The notes under the pieces were generated by a model. It did no database searches and was not told the DNA's origin. It worked only from the letters and a program-made list of their open reading frames with translations. Position numbers and translations under genes: made by a program. Below are positions 57,055 to 64,000 of a stretch of 64,000 bases of DNA, piece after piece (position 1 is the stretch's first letter; each line of letters begins with the position of its first letter). Source of the stretch: Candidatus Thermosaccharophagus tengchongensis. GTDB lineage: Bacteria; Armatimonadota; Fervidibacteria; Fervidibacterales; Thermosaccharophagaceae. The DNA lies in the NCBI GenBank assembly GCA_032161105.1, contig JAVHTD010000004.1, one strand, 5' to 3'.

Positions 57055-58779
57055 TTATACCTTGAACAGTTCCCCAAGCCGTCTTCCGAGTGTTCTTGAG
57101 GCAATGGAAAGGCTTAAGGCGAGTATTGCCATTCCGATGACACCCATTGCGGATGCGATCCTCGGTCCGTCACCAACTCGCCTGCTGAGCACATAGATGG
57201 CTTTTGTCATCGGGAAGTTTGGCGGGTTGAGAGCGAGTATCAGGCTATCGCTCACCTCAAGCATCGCAAATGCAAATGTGAGTATTGCTCCCGCAGTTAT
57301 GTGCGCATAGATGAGTGGCAATGTCACTTTAATAGTCGTCCTCAGGGGCGATGCGCCGAGGCTCATTGAAGCTTCCTCAAGCGTTGTGCTGACCTGTTGA
57401 AAGCCGGCATAGCAAGCTCTGACCAAGTATGGCATCCTGCGAACTGCGTAGCTTATGATGAGCAGAGGCGCCGCATTAACCCTCGGGTCAAGGATGGTAT
57501 TGGCGTAGCACCCAACATAGCCAAACGCGAGCACCACACCCGGTATCGCCAACGGCATCATGGCAACGATGTCAAGCAACCCCTTAAACGGCACTCGCCT
57601 CCGCGTGAGGATGTAGGCGATGGCGACACCGAACACAACATCCAATGCTGTGCTCACGAGCGAGTAGATGAAACTATTTCGTATGCTCACAGTTGTGATT
57701 GGGTGTTTGACGATGGCTTCGTAATGCTGCAATGTGAATTCGCTTGGCAGCGCGCTCATAGCCCATGACTTGGCGAACGAATTCAAAACGACACACGCAT
57801 GCGGCACCATTGCAATGAGGCACAGAGCCAATATAAATAAGGTGACGAACCACCCCTTCATGCCGATAAGCTGCTTTGGTGAAACGGCGCTCGTTGACAC
57901 AACCGCAACTTGCCTCCTTTCCGATAAGCGCTTTGATAGCGCAAACAGCACCGATGTGATCGCGAGCACAAGCACTATGAGCGCATATCCGGATGGGTCC
58001 TCGGTGGCAGTCTCAACCATGTTGAAGATGCGCACCGGTATAACTTGCGTGTATAGGAATATGAGCGGAGTGCCCAAATCGGTGAATGAGAAGATGAATG
58101 TTAAGATGCAAGCTGCAAAGACGCCGGGGAACATGAGCGGGAGAGTAACGGTTAGAAATCTCCTCATCGGGCTGGCACCGAGCGATTGCGCGGCTTCCTC
58201 AAGCGTCCTATCCACAGAGGAGAGCGCAGCGGCGAGATTTAGGTAAGCGATTGGGTAAAGGTGCAGCGCCTGCACGATGACGACGCACCAAAAGCCCATC
58301 TCAAGCCAATCAATTGGATGAGCGCGGTCCATCAAACCGAGGCTCATTAGCAGGCTGTTGAGGGCGCCATAGCGCGCAAGCAATTGCTTCATCCCGATCG
58401 CACCAACAAATGGCGGCAGTATGAGTGGCATGAGCAACAAGATGCCAAGAGCGCCTTGCAGCGGGAACTTGTATCTGATCATCGCCCATGCGAGCGGCAT
58501 GCTCACTGCCATCGTTAAAGCCGTTGAGGCTGTGGCGAGCTTGAAGCTGTTTAGTATGCATGTGAGCACAGCCGGGTTGCGAAAGAGCAACATGAAAAAA
58601 TCAATGGTGAATTCGCCATCGGAGAAGAATGCCTCACGGAGGCTATATAGCATCGGGTAAATGAGGAAAGCCGCAAGGAATGCGGCAAGCGCAACAACTG
58701 CAAGCACCACATCCGGCTTCAGGTCGTAATCGTGGATGAGCCTGCTCGCAAAATTACTCAGGCGGTATGAGGATGACAT
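57055..58779 (-). CDS. ABC transporter permease, Fe3+/thiamine (FbpB) type with two TM domains
   Basis: Two EAA loops (LEEAAQSLGAS, LEEASMSLGAS), LPPFVGA, DLGTP. Start uncertain. Confidence 0.88.
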   Translation of the reverse strand: MSSSYRLSNFASRLIHDYDLKPDVVLAVVALAAFLAAFLIYPMLYSLREAFFSDGEFTIDFFMLLFRNPAVLTCILNSFKLATASTALTMAVSMPLAWAMIRYKFPLQGALGILLLMPLILPPFVGAIGMKQLLARYGALNSLLMSLGLMDRAHPIDWLEMGFWCVVIVQALHLYPIAYLNLAAALSSVDRTLEEAAQSLGASPMRRFLTVTLPLMFPGVFAACILTFIFSFTDLGTPLIFLYTQVIPVRIFNMVETATEDPSGYALIVLVLAITSVLFALSKRLSERRQVAVVSTSAVSPKQLIGMKGWFVTLFILALCLIAMVPHACVVLNSFAKSWAMSALPSEFTLQHYEAIVKHPITTVSIRNSFIYSLVSTALDVVFGVAIAYILTRRRVPFKGLLDIVAMMPLAIPGVVLAFGYVGCYANTILDPRVNAAPLLIISYAVRRMPYLVRACYAGFQQVSTTLEEASMSLGASPLRTTIKVTLPLIYAHITAGAILTFAFAMLEVSDSLILALNPPNFPMTKAIYVLSRRVGDGPRIASAMGVIGMAILALSLSIASRTLGRRLGELFKV

Positions 58780-59851
58780 CGCTCGAGCTGAACCTGAGGA
58801 TGACCTCATCCCCAATGAGCACCCTCTCCTTCGGATTTGTATGGGTCGCCCTCAAATGCCACTTGCCATGACCGCGCTCCACTGAAAGCTCAAGGAGTTC
58901 CTCATCACCCATGTATACGACATCAACCACTTTCGCACGCACTTCGTTTATGGCTTGCGAATCAGCGCTCGCATTGCGAGCCGATACAACTTGCATAGCT
59001 TCCGGTCTTATAGCGATGGTGGCTCTCATGCCCTCACTCAAACCGGGTGCATCATCACAGCAGCATTCAACGATGCAAAATGGCGTTGATAGGAGCGCCA
59101 CACCGCCTTCAACCCTTCTGACAACTCCCTCAATCACATTCGCGTCGCCAATAAACTCGGCAACATATCTGCTCTTTGGCTTGCGATATAGCTCATGCGG
59201 CGTCCCAACCTGCACAACCCTGCCCGAGCGCATCACCGCAATTCTGTCAGCCATAGCCAAAGCTTCCTTTTGGTCATGCGTGACATAAATCGTCGTTATG
59301 CGCGTTTGCGAATGTATGCGCTTAAGTTCCTGCCTCATCTCCTTGCGCAATTGCACATCCAGATTGCTCAGCGGCTCGTCAAGCAGCAACACATCCGGCT
59401 GAACTGCCAACGCTCTCGCCAGCGCAATACGCTGCTGTTGTCCACCGCTTAACTGCCCGGGGTAACGCCACTTTGTATCGCCCATCCTTACAAGCTCAAG
59501 ATAGCTTTCAACCCTCTCGGCAATCTCGCGCTTGCTCAGCCCCCTCAACCTCAACCCATAGGCTACATTCTCAAATACGGTCATGTGCGGGAACAGCGCG
59601 TAATTCTGAAAGACCATCACTGCGTTTCGCCTGTGTGCCGGAATGCGGTTCATCAACCTGTCGCCAAACCATATCTCGCCCTCATCTGGATCAATGAAGC
59701 CAGCAATCAACCTGAGCAGGGTCGTCTTACCGCATCCTGACGGACCGAGCACGAAAAAGAGCTCACCAGGGGCAACCGTTACGCTAACGCCGTCAACTGC
59801 CACAATATCGCCATACCTCTTTGTCACATTGACCAGCCTGACTTCAACCAC
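58754..59851 (-). CDS. ABC transporter ATP-binding protein (FbpC/PotA type)
   Basis: GPSGCGKT, FQNYALFPHM, LSGGQQQR, LLDEPLSNLD, YVTHDQ; TOBE-like C-terminus. Confidence 0.93.
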   Translation of the reverse strand: MVEVRLVNVTKRYGDIVAVDGVSVTVAPGELFFVLGPSGCGKTTLLRLIAGFIDPDEGEIWFGDRLMNRIPAHRRNAVMVFQNYALFPHMTVFENVAYGLRLRGLSKREIAERVESYLELVRMGDTKWRYPGQLSGGQQQRIALARALAVQPDVLLLDEPLSNLDVQLRKEMRQELKRIHSQTRITTIYVTHDQKEALAMADRIAVMRSGRVVQVGTPHELYRKPKSRYVAEFIGDANVIEGVVRRVEGGVALLSTPFCIVECCCDDAPGLSEGMRATIAIRPEAMQVVSARNASADSQAINEVRAKVVDVVYMGDEELLELSVERGHGKWHLRATHTNPKERVLIGDEVILRFSSSDVILIPPE

Positions 59852-59914
59852 AGCTTCGCACCTGCCCGATGACTTTCAACTTTGCCCAGGTAAACTTTCG
59901 GCTCGCTCATACCG

Positions 59915-60877
59915 CTAACGACTCCAGCGCGCATTGAGCAACTTTCCTGCGCGCTCAACATCAAGAGCAACCTGAGTCGCAAGCTCTTGCAGGCTTCCGA
60001 AACGCCTCTCCGGGCGAAGGAAATGCAGGAGGCGAAGCGTTACCTCACACCCGTGCTTAACATCAATCTCGCCATCCATAATGTGCGCTTCAATTGAAAT
60101 CCCACCATCTCCGACCGTCGGACGAACACCAATGTTGGCAACCACGCGATGCTGAGATGCACAAGATGCCACTTCAGCAGCGCCGGCATAGACGCCGAAG
60201 CGCGGCAGCAACTTATCCTCATCCAACCGCAAATTGATGGTCGGAAAGCCGAGCTGTCTCCCGAGCCCCATGCCGGGCACCACAACGCCAGTCAGCGAGT
60301 AAGGTCTGCCTAACATCATTTGCGCAAGCCTGACATGACCCTTCATCAGTTCCGACCTTATCCAACTGCTGCTGATTATGCCCCTTCCAAAGCACACCCC
60401 TTCAACAACGACGACGCTGAGCCTCAACTCGCCAGCCTCACTTAACTCGCGCAATTTGATTGCCGTCCCCTCACGCCTATATCCGATTGATGAGTTTTCC
60501 CCTATGACCAAAACCTTTGCACACAACGCCTCATGGAGCAGCCGACAAAACTCAATGGCGCGCATAATGGCTAACTCGGAATCAAACTCAACGAGGAGGC
60601 ACTCATCAACACCGAGCTGCGATAGCAAGTGCAGCTTTTCGTTGGCGGTGGTGAGCAACTTTGGCGCATTGCTTGGTGAGAGAACCTTCATCGGGTGATT
60701 CCGGAATGTGAGAATGCAAAGGCTCATCCCGCTTGACTCAGCTACCAACTTAGCCTCCCTGATGAGGCGCTGATGCCCAATGTGCACACCATCAAATGTC
60801 CCAATGCATATGACCCTATTTGTCCTCGGCAAGCTTCGGCTCTCAATCTCACGCAAGCTGACTTCATAGACTTCCAT
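59915..60877 (-). CDS. ribF: Bifunctional riboflavin kinase/FAD synthetase
   Basis: IGTFDGVHIGHQ, ISSS.IR, GRQLGFPTIN, NIGVRPT, IEAH, FLRPE. Confidence 0.93.
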   Translation of the reverse strand: MEVYEVSLREIESRSLPRTNRVICIGTFDGVHIGHQRLIREAKLVAESSGMSLCILTFRNHPMKVLSPSNAPKLLTTANEKLHLLSQLGVDECLLVEFDSELAIMRAIEFCRLLHEALCAKVLVIGENSSIGYRREGTAIKLRELSEAGELRLSVVVVEGVCFGRGIISSSWIRSELMKGHVRLAQMMLGRPYSLTGVVVPGMGLGRQLGFPTINLRLDEDKLLPRFGVYAGAAEVASCASQHRVVANIGVRPTVGDGGISIEAHIMDGEIDVKHGCEVTLRLLHFLRPERRFGSLQELATQVALDVERAGKLLNARWSR

Positions 60878-60885
60878 GATGCGGT

Positions 60886-61854
60886 TCACCTTGGCGGGAA
60901 GACGCACTCCGGCTTGCAAGCAAACTTATGCCCGTCCATGACCACACGGGCAACGCCGATAAATCTCCCGCCCGGAGCATATAGGCGGACAAGCTTGCCA
61001 ACTGACATATTCGGCAGGAGCTCAATCATCCTCGCCCTTGTTATCGCACCGTTTATTGCCCTCTTAGCCTCAACATGCGTCAGCGCGAGCGCCGGGAGGA
61101 AACAAAGCCCTTGGTCAATGCTCAGGATGACATCACGCAAAGTCCCGGACTCACAATGCTCTTGGACCTCCTCAATCGTCAAACAATCGTTGACTGTGAA
61201 TGGACCGACTGCCACTCGCACAAGGAACGAAAGGTATGCCCCACACCCGAGAGCATCACCTATGTCGGAGACAAGCGTCCGAATGTATGTCCCCCTTGAG
61301 CACTCAACTTCAAACAAAGCCCTCTTCGGTTCCCCATCGTAAAACTTGAGCAGCTCAAGGCGCTTGATCGTCACTTGTCGTTTTTTTCGCTCAACCACTT
61401 GCCCCCTCTTTGCAAGTTCATACAATCGCCTGCCGTGATAGCGCAGTGCGGATAGCATTGGCGGAGTTTGAAGTATCACACCGACGAATTGCCCGAAGAT
61501 GGAGCGCAGAGCCTCCTCGCCGATGTGTTCCGTAGGCGAAATTGAGACAACATCGCCCTCGCTATCCTGCGTTGTCGTCCTCATGCCCAAGACCATTTCC
61601 CCCCTGTAGACTTTGTCGCAGTCAATGATGAAGTTTGTGATGCGGGTCGCCCTGCCTATGCAGATTACGAGCACACCACAGGCATGCACATCAAGCGTTC
61701 CGGCATGCCCAATTCGCCGCATGTTGAGCAGCTTGCGCATGAAGTCAACCACATCATGCGATGTCATCCCCGGGGGCTTTATGACCGGGAGCACGCCCTC
61801 AAGTTCACCATCTCGCTCACTTGCATTGGCTCTCATGCTCATGGCTTTGAGCAC
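60886..61854 (-). CDS. truB: tRNA pseudouridine(55) synthase
   Basis: KPPGMTSHD, GHAGTLD, Q.PPM.SA, G.RLYELA, CSRGTYIRTL. Confidence 0.95.
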   Translation of the reverse strand: MLKAMSMRANASERDGELEGVLPVIKPPGMTSHDVVDFMRKLLNMRRIGHAGTLDVHACGVLVICIGRATRITNFIIDCDKVYRGEMVLGMRTTTQDSEGDVVSISPTEHIGEEALRSIFGQFVGVILQTPPMLSALRYHGRRLYELAKRGQVVERKKRQVTIKRLELLKFYDGEPKRALFEVECSRGTYIRTLVSDIGDALGCGAYLSFLVRVAVGPFTVNDCLTIEEVQEHCESGTLRDVILSIDQGLCFLPALALTHVEAKRAINGAITRARMIELLPNMSVGKLVRLYAPGGRFIGVARVVMDGHKFACKPECVFPPR

Positions 61855-61897
61855 TCACCCCTACAGTTGGAGCGATGTGCTGCTTTTGAACGATGCC

Positions 61898-62875
61898 TCA
61901 ATGAGCGTGCATCAAATCTCGCAATGCCCTTATGACGAGCGAGATAGCCCTGCGCAATGTCACCCCTTTCAAGACACACCCCGATGCCTTGATGTGCCCT
62001 CCGCCACCAAATCGCCTCACAACTTCAGCCACATCAACATCGGAGAGCGAGCGCAAGCTCACCTTTATGCTCATATCCTGAAGCTCACGAAATAGCGCTA
62101 CAACTCTTGCACCCTCAATGCCCCTCAACAGATTGATCAATCCCTCGGTATCCTCATCGCTTGCGCCAGCCACTTCAAAGTCCCGTCGCTTAAGCCATGT
62201 CCACGCTATGCCACTTCCCTTATCCAATCGCGCTCGCGCCAATGCCCTTCCCCACAGCTTCAGAGCGCCTACATGGCGCCTCTCAAAGATGTGATGGGCT
62301 ATCAACGCCGGATCTGCGCCGGCTTTTACAAGCTCAGCAGCTGCGCTCAAGCACTCGTGTGTTGTATTCTCAAATCTGAACGCGCCGGTGTCAGTGGCAA
62401 TGGCTGCGTAGAGACATGTTGCAATTTGCGGCGTCACATCAACAGACAGGTGCTTAAAGAGCTTGTAAATCATGAGCCCGGTGGCTGGCATTGATTCGTC
62501 AACCCACACCACATCTCCAAACGGTTGCTCAACGATATGGTGGTCAATGCATACGATGGTTTGAGCGCCCTTAATCAAGCGCTCAAGCGAGCTTGGCGGT
62601 ATAGCAAGCCTGTCACGCCTGCTCACATCAACGGCGATGATGGCATCGCACATGCAATCGCAATCCGGCTTGATGAGCTCGCTCCCCGGAAGGAAGCGAA
62701 GTATGCTCGGAACGCCATCGCTACAAACGGCATCGCATCTTTTCCCGAGCCGCGCAAGCGCATGCATCAGTGCCAGTATGCTCCCAATGCCATCGCCCTC
62801 AGGATGAACATGGCATGTGATGACAAACGAGCGATGCTCAATTAGCACTTTGGCAACTTCGCTCAACGAGCCCAT
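61898..62875 (-). CDS. nrnA: DHH/DHHA1 phosphoesterase (NrnA-like oligoribonuclease/pAp phosphatase)
   Basis: H..PEGD.IGS, IDHH, TDTG.F, KVSLRS, FGGGGH..ASG; located upstream of truB. Confidence 0.88.
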   Translation of the reverse strand: MGSLSEVAKVLIEHRSFVITCHVHPEGDGIGSILALMHALARLGKRCDAVCSDGVPSILRFLPGSELIKPDCDCMCDAIIAVDVSRRDRLAIPPSSLERLIKGAQTIVCIDHHIVEQPFGDVVWVDESMPATGLMIYKLFKHLSVDVTPQIATCLYAAIATDTGAFRFENTTHECLSAAAELVKAGADPALIAHHIFERRHVGALKLWGRALARARLDKGSGIAWTWLKRRDFEVAGASDEDTEGLINLLRGIEGARVVALFRELQDMSIKVSLRSLSDVDVAEVVRRFGGGGHIKASGCVLKGVTLRRAISLVIRALRDLMHAH

Positions 62876-63073
62876 GTTGCATCAGCCGCTCCGTTCAGCG
62901 AGACCTTTGCAAATCATAATCGTAGCGCACAGCATGCCGCAGATGATGCGCACACCAATTGCGGGAGCAAGTGAAAAGGGCGCATTCGTGCGCACGATTT
63001 GAGCTATATCTCGGCATCGGTGCTCATCCGATACAGTGAGATCGCCAACGACTGGTCATCGTTGATGTGGCAC

Positions 63074-63907
63074 TCAAGCCAATCCGAGTTCGTCAATCAT
63101 CCGCCTCATCACCGCCACATAGTGCGGCAATACCTCGCCGATCGGCTCAAGCTCCTTGTGCCATGCCTTCTCCCATTCAAGGGTCAGAAAGCCGTCATAG
63201 CCAACCGAGCTGAGCGCCTTTAGCGCTTCACGAATTGGCACATCGCCTTCGCCCACCTTCACATAGCGCACTTTGCCATCAACGATGCGAGAGTCTTTGA
63301 CATGCGTTGACGCAATCCGCTTACCTACGAGCTCAACTGACTGCTGCATTGTCTCACCGTTGCGATATGAGTGATGAAAATCCCACAGCACGCCGACATG
63401 TTCCGACTTGACCCTTGATAGGACCTTTGCTATGTCGGCGCACCTTGTGAACGCATCGTGCGTTTCAATCGCCACGATAACTTTATACTTGGATGCGAAC
63501 TCGCCAAGCTGCATCAATCTATCAGCCACGCGAGCTATGTGGTCTTCCATTGAGACACCCTTTGGCGGATTGCCACCGAATACCCTGACGACGCTCGCAC
63601 CGAGCTCATGCGCGAGCACGATGAACTCCTGCGCCTCTTGCATTTGCCTTGCAGCTTCCATATCCTCAATGGCGCCCATCCTCGCCGATGAGGATACGCA
63701 GCTTATGCAAAGCCCAGCATCGGTTATCTGGCGTTTGGTGCGCTCAATATTGCCCTCAGAGAACTCAGGCAGCTTGGGCAGGTATAACTCACCCTTGAGC
63801 ATCCTCAATTCAATGCCATCAACATTCGTCTCTTGAGCGATGCGTATGACTTGCTCAAGCGACCACTCGGGGCAGCCGAGCGTGCTGAAGCCGAGTTTGA
63901 ACCGCAT
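63074..63907 (-). CDS. Sugar phosphate isomerase/epimerase (AP endonuclease 2 TIM barrel)
   Basis: FSTLGCP, GIELR, VRVFGG, IETHD, WDFHH, THVKD, LEWEK. Confidence 0.88.
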   Translation of the reverse strand: MRFKLGFSTLGCPEWSLEQVIRIAQETNVDGIELRMLKGELYLPKLPEFSEGNIERTKRQITDAGLCISCVSSSARMGAIEDMEAARQMQEAQEFIVLAHELGASVVRVFGGNPPKGVSMEDHIARVADRLMQLGEFASKYKVIVAIETHDAFTRCADIAKVLSRVKSEHVGVLWDFHHSYRNGETMQQSVELVGKRIASTHVKDSRIVDGKVRYVKVGEGDVPIREALKALSSVGYDGFLTLEWEKAWHKELEPIGEVLPHYVAVMRRMIDELGLA

Positions 63908-64000
63908 CCCATCTCACCTCACACCCGAATTGTTTTCCCATGTGATGCCCAAAAGCCATGTGGCATTCTGTAGTATGATGTCAAGCCGCAGCTTTGCAAA

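Noticed and set aside
57055..59851. ABC transporter lacking a binding protein as partner of the Cys-ModA proteins
   Set aside because: It is FbpB/FbpC-type, about 15 kb away, and orphan binding proteins elsewhere are common; no evidence links them.
82..63836. Numerous short antisense or overlapping ORFs in the six-frame track
   Set aside because: They are shadows of well-supported genes, lacking RBS and family motifs.

Overview
A gene-dense 64 kb bacterial chromosome segment of mostly housekeeping genes: coaE, rpsA, polA, fabG-acpP-fabF, aroE, trpDCB, mrdA, rpsO-pnp and nrnA-truB-ribF. The short four-S1-domain RpsA and the style of the secreted proteins suggest a Terrabacteria lineage, possibly Armatimonadota (inference only). 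I found no rRNA, tRNA, CRISPR array or transposase. The most interesting items follow. (1) 1-9617: three large secreted proteins share the same long C-terminal module and flank a CsgG/FlgT-like protein, a candidate uncharacterised export or surface-display system. One of them (<1..1945) is missing from the ORF track. (2) Gln follows the apparent signal peptide in 7 of 8 signal-peptidase-I-type proteins, and the window encodes a lipoprotein M28 enzyme resembling Zn-dependent glutaminyl cyclases (a Bacteroidetes-like Q-rule). (3) Two ModA-fold binding proteins with Cys at anion-binding positions are paired with a DUF318/ArsP-type permease instead of an ABC transporter, with DGC-domain genes nearby. 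(4) An accessory segment (about 19.1-24.4 kb) holds an NHL-repeat lipoprotein gene broken by two frameshifts at G/C hexamer runs, plus decayed repeats. (5) The tetramers TCGA, GTAC, CTAG and ACGT look strongly depleted. All calls come from reading motifs by eye; no searches were run.
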